Assembly (NCBI GenBank): GCA_964535955.1
Contig: CAZHVK010000006.1
Coordinates: forward strand, 1-64,000
DNA from: an uncultured Methanosarcinales archaeon
GTDB taxonomy: Archaea; Nanobdellota; Nanobdellia; Woesearchaeales; CAXGTL01
Length of the DNA stretch: 64,000 bases
Reading direction: 5' to 3'
In this document: positions 47,529 to 56,042 of the stretch, piece by piece
Position numbering within the stretch: position 1 is the stretch's first letter
How the letters are laid out: the number at the start of each line of letters is the position of its first letter
Program-made: the position numbers and the translations under genes
Notes under the pieces: generated by a model
The model's database searches: none
What the model saw: the letters and a program-made list of their open reading frames with translations, nothing else
What the model was told of the DNA's origin: nothing

Positions 47529-48350
47529 TTATGGAATTAGTCCTCCTTTTATTGAACCAGAATCACTAGTCTCATAAACCAAGTTAGGATTATACTTTTT
47601 CAATCTTTCAAATACACTATCAGTGACAAAATCATCAGGCTTTTCAGTATGCTTTTTATTAAAAACATCAAATTCTTCTAAATCTTTGATAACATTTTTC
47701 ACATTATCATGAGCATTAGTTTGTTTTAGATAATCCATTAGATAATTCAGATTATGACCATAAAAATCAAAACATTTAACAGCACTCCTTACACGATATA
47801 TTCCTTTTTTTTCACTTTTAAACAAAACTTTAGGGTTTTCTAGACCTTCTCTATGTTCTCTATATAGTTTATCACTAACATAGTCTAAGATCTCAACAAA
47901 TTCTTTACCATGCTCAATTAATAACCCTGTAAAAGAAAAATGATAAATAAATCCAGACTTTTCTCTTGCTTTTTTAATAGCATCATATGCAAGGCATTCT
48001 TTTATTTCTCTATTTAATATTCTGTATTTTGTTGGTTCTTCATCATATGGAAATGCAATTTTTTTGTCATATTCTGCTTTAGTTAATTTTTCTTGTAAAA
48101 ATATAGCTAGTTCATCGTCTTGTGTTTTAACATAATCAACAAGATCCCTCATAACAAAATAAACAAGAGGCTTCATCTTATTATCAAACCTGATAAATTG
48201 TGGTAAAAATACCTGATAAGTATCTAATTGTTCATCTCTATAATCTTCTAAGATCTGCTCTTGCCATTGAGGAATAAACAAACTGCCTTTTTGTTTCTTT
48301 TCTTTAACCTTTTTCACATCCATCTCTTCAATTGCATCATCAATTGCCAT
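47529..48350 (-). CDS. MAIDDAI-leader protein 4 (type A)
   Basis: Leader; FTGLLIEHGKE, IKDLEEF, YNPNLVY. Confidence 0.85.
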   Translation of the reverse strand: MAIDDAIEEMDVKKVKEKKQKGSLFIPQWQEQILEDYRDEQLDTYQVFLPQFIRFDNKMKPLVYFVMRDLVDYVKTQDDELAIFLQEKLTKAEYDKKIAFPYDEEPTKYRILNREIKECLAYDAIKKAREKSGFIYHFSFTGLLIEHGKEFVEILDYVSDKLYREHREGLENPKVLFKSEKKGIYRVRSAVKCFDFYGHNLNYLMDYLKQTNAHDNVKNVIKDLEEFDVFNKKHTEKPDDFVTDSVFERLKKYNPNLVYETSDSGSIKGGLIP

Positions 48351-49161
48351 TCTTCATACCCTCATAAGTTAAATTAGGATTAAACTTCTTAACTCTATCA
48401 TAAATCATTCCATAAATAACTTTCCCAACCTGCGGAGCATTACGGATTTCTTCAATAAAAGTATCAAGTTCACCTAAATCATGTATAACATCATGAACCC
48501 TATCAACACCATGCTCTTTTCCATATTTAAAAAAATATTCTACATCATTCCAACAAACATTTATCAAAGATATGGGTGATCTGCAATCTCTTTTTTTCAA
48601 AACATCAGAATAAATAATCATATTGTCCATAAGATCACGTTTCGTACTGTTTCTTTCAACATTCCTGAACAGATTAACAAAATCTTGGCCATGTTCAATC
48701 AATAAAGCAGAAAACATAAAAGGCAGGTCCTGCATATCTTTGCATACTGATCTTAGTTCTCCATAATGAAGTGCTTGTTCTATCTCATTTCTATACTTAC
48801 CAAGTTTATATAATCTCAGTTCTGTATAAGATATAACAATATGATCATCAAATTTACCTTCATTAACAGCAGTGTTCATCAAAAACCTAAGAACAGGGTC
48901 TCTTTTTTCTATAAACTTCATAAATTCATATATTGGTACTGAAAAAATACCACCCATATTTTTATTAAACCTAAACCATGGATAGATACAATTCAAACTT
49001 TGTGCATCATTAATCACCTGCCTTGAAAAATAATCTCTTAGCACTTGATTTTGCCAATAATCAATATTAGGAATAAACTCACTATTAAACTTTTTCTCTA
49101 GACTCTTCTTTAGCTTAAGGTGACTTAGTCTCATTTCCTCTATTGCATCGTCTATTGCCAT
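48340..49161 (-). CDS. MAIDDAI-leader protein 3 (type A)
   Basis: Leader; FSALLIEHGQD, IHDLGEL, FNPNLTY. Confidence 0.85.
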   Translation of the reverse strand: MAIDDAIEEMRLSHLKLKKSLEKKFNSEFIPNIDYWQNQVLRDYFSRQVINDAQSLNCIYPWFRFNKNMGGIFSVPIYEFMKFIEKRDPVLRFLMNTAVNEGKFDDHIVISYTELRLYKLGKYRNEIEQALHYGELRSVCKDMQDLPFMFSALLIEHGQDFVNLFRNVERNSTKRDLMDNMIIYSDVLKKRDCRSPISLINVCWNDVEYFFKYGKEHGVDRVHDVIHDLGELDTFIEEIRNAPQVGKVIYGMIYDRVKKFNPNLTYEGMKNGN

Positions 49162-49177
49162 TTTATGTTTTACCTCA

Positions 49178-49939
49178 TCAAAACATTGGCCATCTTTCCC
49201 TATATATTTGCCTTATCTCATCTAATCTTTCATATGCTAGGGTTACTTGATCATAATTATACTTTTCTGCAACCTCTATAAGACATGACATAGGAATCTT
49301 TGTCCTATCCAATAACTCATTCATTTCTCCTTTTGTAAGAATGACTCTGTCAAGAGACTTTTTGAGTAATGTTACTTTGCCTTTCTCTATTGCTTTATGT
49401 GCTGCAAGTGTTGCCAATGCTTTTTTATTCTTACCCTGTATCATTGTAGCAAACAACACAGGATGAACAGTTGCAAAATTAATTGCTTTTGATTGTGAAC
49501 AAAGAACATTATATAGTTCAGCTACTTCTTCATATTTTGCTAAAGTACTCACTCTTTGTATAATTATGTTTTTCACATCTGTTTTCATTGCATAATTACC
49601 TAACATTATCTCAAGAAGTTTCATCTTGTGTACAGACTCTATGCCATATAATTGAACATCTAATCTTCTTGTCCAAGGAATAAACTTAGTATGTTCAGGA
49701 ATAAGGCCAATCAAATAAAAACCAAGCTCCCTGATCACTTGTTTATGTTTTGGATGTAAAGTATAATGACTTTTTTGTCCTTCAAGCCAGCCTCCAAAAT
49801 ATCTTTTTAGATAATTACCCATGATCTTTCTTGCATCTTCTATCATGTCATTACCTTGTACAGATGTGTCAATAGGTTCTTTATCTACTTCAATCTTTTC
49901 AGGTACTTCCATTTCATCTATTGCATCGTCTATTGCCAT
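49178..49939 (-). CDS. MAIDDAI-leader protein 2 (type B)
   Basis: Leader; EDARKIMGN, IMLGNYAMKTDVK. Confidence 0.85.
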   Translation of the reverse strand: MAIDDAIDEMEVPEKIEVDKEPIDTSVQGNDMIEDARKIMGNYLKRYFGGWLEGQKSHYTLHPKHKQVIRELGFYLIGLIPEHTKFIPWTRRLDVQLYGIESVHKMKLLEIMLGNYAMKTDVKNIIIQRVSTLAKYEEVAELYNVLCSQSKAINFATVHPVLFATMIQGKNKKALATLAAHKAIEKGKVTLLKKSLDRVILTKGEMNELLDRTKIPMSCLIEVAEKYNYDQVTLAYERLDEIRQIYRERWPMF

Positions 49940-49955
49940 TGTGATTCTACCTCAT

Positions 49956-50186
49956 TCATTCTTCCTGTTCTTCAGCTTTTGCACTATAAGCAATACTTAT
50001 GCTTCGAGCAACTCTACTAACTTTGTCAAGTTCTTTAGCATATTCTCCTGCTTCTTCAGGTGTAAGTTTATCTGTTTCTTTCATACAATTACCTAACTCC
50101 TGGTTAATATAATCCAAATTACGCTGTACTCTTTCACCTGAAGTCTCAGGTAAATTCATAGCTTTTATCGCATCATCTATTGTCAT
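49956..50186 (-). CDS. MTIDDAI-leader protein 1 (type D; short helical protein)
   Basis: Variant leader MTIDDAIKAM; starts 2 nt after the VWA gene stop, with a GGAGG RBS inside the upstream gene. Confidence 0.8.
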   Translation of the reverse strand: MTIDDAIKAMNLPETSGERVQRNLDYINQELGNCMKETDKLTPEEAGEYAKELDKVSRVARSISIAYSAKAEEQEE

Positions 50187-50188
50187 TT

Positions 50189-52180
50189 TTAACTTCCTCC
50201 ATTATTTCCATAATCCTTCTTCTTTGCACTATCATAAGTCTTTTTTACTTCACCTACTACAATACCAATAAGATCGTCAATACTATTAACTTCATAGATC
50301 AGAGCACCTCTTGGCTCTATTCTTTCAACAAAACTCCTACCCCAGCCAGTACCAATATTAAAAACAGCAACAGTGTCATGCTTAGAAATACCATAAACAA
50401 AAGCATCATCACAAGCCTCTTTCCAATTATCAATTGCACAGTCACTCATCAAACAAGTCAGTAAAGGATTTTTTGTTTTTTTGATAATATTCCGAACCTT
50501 TTCAATAGGAACAGTTGTTCCACCACCATAATTACACATGATTGCATATTCAACCTTGTTAATATCTTTTGTAAACTCCTGCATCTGGCAATTACCACGA
50601 CCAGAGAAATTAATAACAGCTACTTTTCCGCCATTATCAATGGCATATACTGCAGCAGCTTCTGCAGCTAATGCTGCTTTATCAAAATCACCTCTTGCTT
50701 CTGGTGGATTTACCCATGGATGCCAGGGCATGCTTCCAGATGAATCAATTACAATAAACAAGTCAGGTATTCTCTTTAGCCTACCAATATGTTTTGACTT
50801 TTTCATCTCTCTTTTCACTGTTGTTAAGCATGGTATAGGTTTTCCAGATAACATCATTGATGCAACAATGTCTAATGCACCTTTTCCAACAACAGGATCA
50901 CCAATATTCCAAGTAGTTCTATATGCTGGTGTTGTTTTACCCATCTGGTTTTCTTTTTCTTTTATCTTCATAAAAAGTTCTTTTGCCCTTGCTCTGTACA
51001 TATAACGAAGTGCATCAGTTGGTTCTAACATATACAAAGCACCCATTGTACCTGCAAACTTGTTTGGTGCATCTTTGTTTCTTTGAAAAATAGCATCAAG
51101 AACATCATCACCAATATTTGGTGAACCATTTTTATCATCTTGATCACCTTTGTCACCCTTGCCCTTGCCTTTTTTATCTGCATCTTTATCACTCTTATGC
51201 CCATCACCTAATGGACTTTCTGTTGGTTCTCCCATTTGTGCTTTTACATCATCTGGTACACCTGTTCCTTGTCCAATCTGTGGCACTCCTTGCCCTTTAC
51301 CACCTTTACCTTTGCCTTTGCCTTTACCTTTTCCTTTTCTTTTATACCTGCTTTTATTACCTTTACCACTCATCTGCTTAGCTGTCTTTTTGATTATTGG
51401 TTCTAGAACTTTTGCAAACTTTCTTACTTTTTGTTCCCATGTTTTTTCATCTTTCCAATCATTTCCTAGTACATCAACCAAACCTTGAGCAGCTTTTTCA
51501 CATTCAGCATCTTTTTGCTGAACATGCTGGCTAAAACCAAGATCTTCATTCCACATTTTTTCAATAGCAGAAATCATTGTCTGCCAGAGATAAGATGGTT
51601 GTTGTGGTGTGTTTCTTGCTTCTGCAATTGTCTCTTTTTCTCTCCAAATAGTCAATTCACCTACATCAACTCTTCCATATTTTTCTTTTGCAAGAAATGT
51701 GTCAATAACCATGTCACCCATTATATTCAATGTTAAGAATGCACAAGCATGAGCAACTTCTTTGAACTTTGTTATCTCAGGATCTGAAAAACCTTTTAAT
51801 GCAGAATCAATAAGAACAGCTTCTTTTACACCACTAGCAGGAAATTTTGCATAATGCATTATCTCATGATGAAATATGCTTCTTGCATATCTTTTTAATT
51901 CTAATTCTTTAGTAATATCTTTAGGAATATCTTCTGCATTAAAAAAAATCCTCCATGTCCTAGGATCAATGCAAAAACCTCTAGGAATAGCATCTTTATA
52001 TTCATCAGGCATCCTATCATACTTTTTAGTCTTATCACTATCTGCATCTATTATGACTGGATCAGGAAGATTAGAAATATATAGATCCCAGCTAGCTTCT
52101 AAAAATGCTTTTCTAACATCATCTTCTGGTATATGTCTTTTTGGACTGATACTACCTTTGACAATATCAATTAATCCCAT
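50189..52180 (-). CDS. HExxH metallopeptidase-like domain + Gly/Lys/Asp-rich linker + VWA (MIDAS) domain protein
   Basis: FHHEIMH; KGKGKGKG linker; VIDSSGSM, GGGT and MSDC MIDAS elements. Confidence 0.88.
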   Translation of the reverse strand: MGLIDIVKGSISPKRHIPEDDVRKAFLEASWDLYISNLPDPVIIDADSDKTKKYDRMPDEYKDAIPRGFCIDPRTWRIFFNAEDIPKDITKELELKRYARSIFHHEIMHYAKFPASGVKEAVLIDSALKGFSDPEITKFKEVAHACAFLTLNIMGDMVIDTFLAKEKYGRVDVGELTIWREKETIAEARNTPQQPSYLWQTMISAIEKMWNEDLGFSQHVQQKDAECEKAAQGLVDVLGNDWKDEKTWEQKVRKFAKVLEPIIKKTAKQMSGKGNKSRYKRKGKGKGKGKGKGGKGQGVPQIGQGTGVPDDVKAQMGEPTESPLGDGHKSDKDADKKGKGKGDKGDQDDKNGSPNIGDDVLDAIFQRNKDAPNKFAGTMGALYMLEPTDALRYMYRARAKELFMKIKEKENQMGKTTPAYRTTWNIGDPVVGKGALDIVASMMLSGKPIPCLTTVKREMKKSKHIGRLKRIPDLFIVIDSSGSMPWHPWVNPPEARGDFDKAALAAEAAAVYAIDNGGKVAVINFSGRGNCQMQEFTKDINKVEYAIMCNYGGGTTVPIEKVRNIIKKTKNPLLTCLMSDCAIDNWKEACDDAFVYGISKHDTVAVFNIGTGWGRSFVERIEPRGALIYEVNSIDDLIGIVVGEVKKTYDSAKKKDYGNNGGS

Positions 52181-52447
52181 GCTTTCCCCCCATTTAAATC
52201 TTAAATGTAAATGTTAAATCTTAAATATTATATATTAAATATAAAATATTAAATCTACCTTATCATTATTAAATAATATTAATCAAATGATATAGAACCT
52301 CTCTTTTTCCTTACACAAAATAATCACGATATATATATACTATATAGAGTTGATTTATACTATATAAAGCTTTCCATTAATTAATTACCCTGGAGTGATG
52401 ATAATGCCTCAATAAGATTTATATAACAAATAACAACCCAGTCACTC

Positions 52448-52939
52448 ATGATACTTAACATAGTAATAAACCTAGCATGCTTATACTTAATAACAGCTCT
52501 GCCTTTTCTAGAACTCAGAGCATCTATTCCATATGGAATATTAGCAATGGAATTAAACTTGGTACTAGTCTTTCTAACCTGCATTGTGTCAAACATATTA
52601 ATAGCACCATTGATCTGGTTTTTTGTAGAACATATAATGCATTTCTTTCTCAAGATTACATTGGTTGAAAGAATTTATCAAAAAATAGTAATCAGAACAC
52701 AAAAAAGAGTAAAACCATATGTAAAAAAATATGGAACATTAGGTTTAGCAATCTTCATAGGAATACCATTGCCAGGCTCAGGTGTTTATTCAGGATGTTT
52801 AGGTGCATATTTATTAGGATATAAGTTCAAAGATTATCTGCTAGCTTCTATAATTGGTGTTTTGATTGCAGGAATAATTGTCACGATTGTTACTTTGACT
52901 GGAGTTGAAATGTTTAGTATATTTACAAAACATATATAG
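52448..52939 (+). CDS. Small multi-drug export (COG2426-like) membrane protein
   Basis: LPFLELRASIPYG, GLAIFIGIPLPGSGVYSG. Confidence 0.88.
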   Translation: MILNIVINLACLYLITALPFLELRASIPYGILAMELNLVLVFLTCIVSNILIAPLIWFFVEHIMHFFLKITLVERIYQKIVIRTQKRVKPYVKKYGTLGLAIFIGIPLPGSGVYSGCLGAYLLGYKFKDYLLASIIGVLIAGIIVTIVTLTGVEMFSIFTKHI

Positions 52940-52982
52940 AACAAAATAAATATTTATAAATTAGTTATATTTCTAAAATATT

Positions 52983-53360
52983 ATGGTAAAACAGGTTGAA
53001 ACAGCTGGACAAAGAAAAGAATCTACTGAAACTAAAGATTATGTAGTTACTTCATCAGATGAATTAGCAACTCTGGTTGATGAAATAGGTGATCGTGTTG
53101 CTTTTGGTTTTAAAGCAAGAGGCGTACCAACAGACATAGCAAATATTGGAATAAGAATTGGTTTTTATATTAATGACATTCTATTAGAATATAATCATGG
53201 TAGTGGTGCTGAAATATCTAGGCTTTTAAAGTGTAGCAGAGAAGAATCAGAAATTGAAGCAAGCATAAGTTGGTACAGAGTTAGCACACATAAAAACCCA
53301 TACATTAATGTAGATCACATATATTATACAGGTAAAAAAAAGCAACTAAATAAACCATAG
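52983..53360 (+). CDS. Hypothetical protein
   Basis: 125-aa ORF with a TATA-like box upstream; no motif recognised. Confidence 0.55.
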   Translation: MVKQVETAGQRKESTETKDYVVTSSDELATLVDEIGDRVAFGFKARGVPTDIANIGIRIGFYINDILLEYNHGSGAEISRLLKCSREESEIEASISWYRVSTHKNPYINVDHIYYTGKKKQLNKP

Positions 53361-53503
53361 TTCTCAATTTTCATCAAATACAACTAATACAACAGCCCTT
53401 CTATCTATATTATAACACTATATAAATGTTTCTAACTAGGTAGAATAAGATTTATATACTAAAAACTCCATAAAATTATAGGCTAAATATTTTAAAAACA
53501 AGT

Positions 53504-53611
53504 ATGTGCATGGTTCGTTCGTGTTTTCCAAGCACAATGAATCTACATGGAAAAGCCTGACAGTCTAACGATCTGACAGGCACTCACTGGTCTTACAGGC
53601 ACCATGCACAT
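53504..53611 (-). mobile_element. Structured non-coding MITE-like element, copy 3 (inverted)
   Basis: Reverse complement reads ATGTGCATGGTGCCTGTAAGACCAGTGAG...CAGGCTTTTCC...GGAAAACACGAACGAACCATGCACAT. Confidence 0.7.
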
Positions 53612-53631
53612 AACCAATAAGGAGGTATAAA

Positions 53632-54669
53632 ATGATAAAACAAGAACTAAACAAAATTCTATTATCAAAACAAGATATATTTACAGACACTATTGGACAA
53701 ACAAATGTAAAGCACCAACTAAAATCAGCATTATTATCAAACAGAAACATTATAATCGTTGGCTCACCAGGAATAGGTAAGACAACATTAGCAAAGAATA
53801 TTGCAAAAATACTGCCAGAAATAAATGCAGTTCAAGGATGTGGTTTTCATTGTGCAATCAACAACCCAATCTGTCCAGAATGTAAAAACAAAAAGAACAA
53901 AACAAAAGTTAAAGTTAGTGGAAATGAAAGATTCATAAGAATCCAAGGTTCACCAGACTTAACAGTTGAAGATCTTTTAGGTGATATTGATCCAATAAAA
54001 GCAATGAAATTTGGACCATTATCAATACAAGCTTTTACACCAGGAAAAATATTCAAAGCAAATAATGGAGTTCTATTTTTTGATGAAATCAACAGGTGCC
54101 CTGAAAAACTGCAAAATGCACTGCTCCAAGTTTTGCAGGAAAAAAAAGCAACTATTGGTTCATATGATGTTGATATTCCTGCAGATTTTTTGTTCATTGC
54201 AACAATGAATCCAGAAGATTCATCAACAGAAAGACTAAGCGATGTTCTTCTAGACAGATTTGACATAATCTACATGTCATTTCCAGAAACAATCAAGATT
54301 GAAAAACATATAATAAAAGTATCATGCAAAAAATTAGTCAAAACACCAGAAAATTTACTTCACCTAATGGCATATTTTATAAGATTACTTAGGCAATCAG
54401 ATAAACTAGAAAAAAAACCAAGTGTGAGAGCATTGCAAGGATTGTATGAAAGGTCACAGGCAAATGCAATGCTTAACAAAAAAAAACAAGTAAGAATGCA
54501 GGATATAAGAGATGTTTTAGTAAGTGTGCTTGCACACAGGATAAAACTAAAACCAAGTATAAAATATTTGATGAGTCCAGAAGCATTCTTAGCTAAAGAG
54601 TTTAAAGAATTCATGAAAACAAATGTTGGTAAAGAATTAGAAAAATCAGCAAAAGGGGATGTCCCCTGA
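53632..54669 (+). CDS. MoxR/ChlI-like AAA+ ATPase with a Cys4 insert
   Basis: GSPGIGKTT, LFFDEINR, ATMNP, LLDRF; CGFHC...CPEC insert. Confidence 0.9.
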   Translation: MIKQELNKILLSKQDIFTDTIGQTNVKHQLKSALLSNRNIIIVGSPGIGKTTLAKNIAKILPEINAVQGCGFHCAINNPICPECKNKKNKTKVKVSGNERFIRIQGSPDLTVEDLLGDIDPIKAMKFGPLSIQAFTPGKIFKANNGVLFFDEINRCPEKLQNALLQVLQEKKATIGSYDVDIPADFLFIATMNPEDSSTERLSDVLLDRFDIIYMSFPETIKIEKHIIKVSCKKLVKTPENLLHLMAYFIRLLRQSDKLEKKPSVRALQGLYERSQANAMLNKKKQVRMQDIRDVLVSVLAHRIKLKPSIKYLMSPEAFLAKEFKEFMKTNVGKELEKSAKGDVP

Positions 54670-55843
54670 CGTAGACATAAAAGTACAAAAAAAAGAACAA
54701 GCAGAAGAATTATCAGGCCAGCTTGACTCACAAACAGATGAAGATAAATTAATGCATTCTGTTATAGAAAATGATCAAGAAACAATAGACGAAGGCAAGG
54801 TAATCAAAGATGCAATTAATCAAGGCTTAGGAAGTTTCACACCAGACATGATGTTTGAAAACTTAGTAAAAGATTATAGAAATGCAGAACAGATATATGG
54901 AAAATCAATGCTAAGATATTTAACAGGTTATGATCCTGATTATGTTAAAAAAAATATAAAAATCCCAGAGTTTCAAAAAGAAATCAAAAAAAATATTGGC
55001 GAAGGGATAAAAAAATTAAAAGATAAAGAATTAATCAATAAAGATTTAGAAATAACAAAAAAAGGGTTTTATTTAGCATCGTTAATATTATACACAGAAG
55101 AACTTGACCACATTGTACCAAAAGGAATTCTTGGTGAATATGAACACAAAAAAACATCACACTATGGTCTTCCAAAAGATACAAAACTATTCAAAAAAGG
55201 TGACCGTTATCATGATATTGCTGTTAAAAAGTCTATAAAGGTTGCAATAAGAAGAGGCCACAATAAATTAATGATTGAAGATTTAAGAGCATTTGAAAGA
55301 CAGAGCAAAGGCAAAGCAATGATTATCTATGCAATGGATGCATCTGGTTCAATGAAAGGCAAAAGGATAGAAGCAAGTAAAAAAGCAGGAATTGCATTAG
55401 CATTCAAAGCAATAAATAAAAAAGATAAGATTGGATTAATTGTTTTCAAGAACAAAGTTATTTCAATGGTTGAACCAACACAAGATTTCTCCCTTCTATT
55501 AAAAGAAATAACACCAATAAGAGCTTCAGGTGAAACAGATTTTTCATCAACAGTAAGCAAAGCAATAGAAATGTTTCCTACTGAAAAAATAACAAAACAT
55601 CTTATTCTGCTGAGTGATGCATTACCAACATATGGTGCAGATCCTGAACATGAAACTTTGGCTGCAATTGCTTTAGCAAAAGAAAATGGAATAACCATAT
55701 CATTAATAGGTATAAACCTAGACAAAAAAGGCGAAGAACTAGGCAGAAAGATGATAGAGATAGGTGAAGGCAAGTTCTGGACAGTTAAGAATGTTGATGA
55801 ATTAGATAAGATTGTGTTAGAGGATTATTATGGAGTGATGTGA
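54659..55843 (+). CDS. VWA-domain protein (ChlD-like partner of the AAA+ ATPase)
   Basis: MDASGSM, GETD and LSDA MIDAS motifs; overlaps the AAA gene. Confidence 0.88.
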   Translation: MSPDVDIKVQKKEQAEELSGQLDSQTDEDKLMHSVIENDQETIDEGKVIKDAINQGLGSFTPDMMFENLVKDYRNAEQIYGKSMLRYLTGYDPDYVKKNIKIPEFQKEIKKNIGEGIKKLKDKELINKDLEITKKGFYLASLILYTEELDHIVPKGILGEYEHKKTSHYGLPKDTKLFKKGDRYHDIAVKKSIKVAIRRGHNKLMIEDLRAFERQSKGKAMIIYAMDASGSMKGKRIEASKKAGIALAFKAINKKDKIGLIVFKNKVISMVEPTQDFSLLLKEITPIRASGETDFSSTVSKAIEMFPTEKITKHLILLSDALPTYGADPEHETLAAIALAKENGITISLIGINLDKKGEELGRKMIEIGEGKFWTVKNVDELDKIVLEDYYGVM

Positions 55844-56042
55844 GAACGAAATGAAATGAAGTGACCACACTATGGTGTAATGTGACTTTTTTGTCCCAAA
55901 TTCACTAGAAATATGCTTTTTAACTCTTATAGATATATAAGGATTTGAACCCTTTATAGATTTATGTATTCTGTAATGCATATTTTGAAATATATATTTA
56001 ATAAAATATAAGTTTAAATATCTAAAACCCACTATATTATAT

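Noticed and set aside
43463..50186. Integron cassette array or DGR targets
   Set aside because: No intergenic attC-like palindromes (genes overlap), no integrase or reverse transcriptase, and no adenine-specific TR/VR pair seen.
52190..52260. TTAAAT repeats upstream of the metallopeptidase-VWA operon as an operator
   Set aside because: Irregular spacing in very AT-rich DNA; not distinguishable from background.
53632..55843. Magnesium or cobalt chelatase
   Set aside because: No ChlH/CobN or tetrapyrrole context in the window; a generic AAA+/VWA call is safer.
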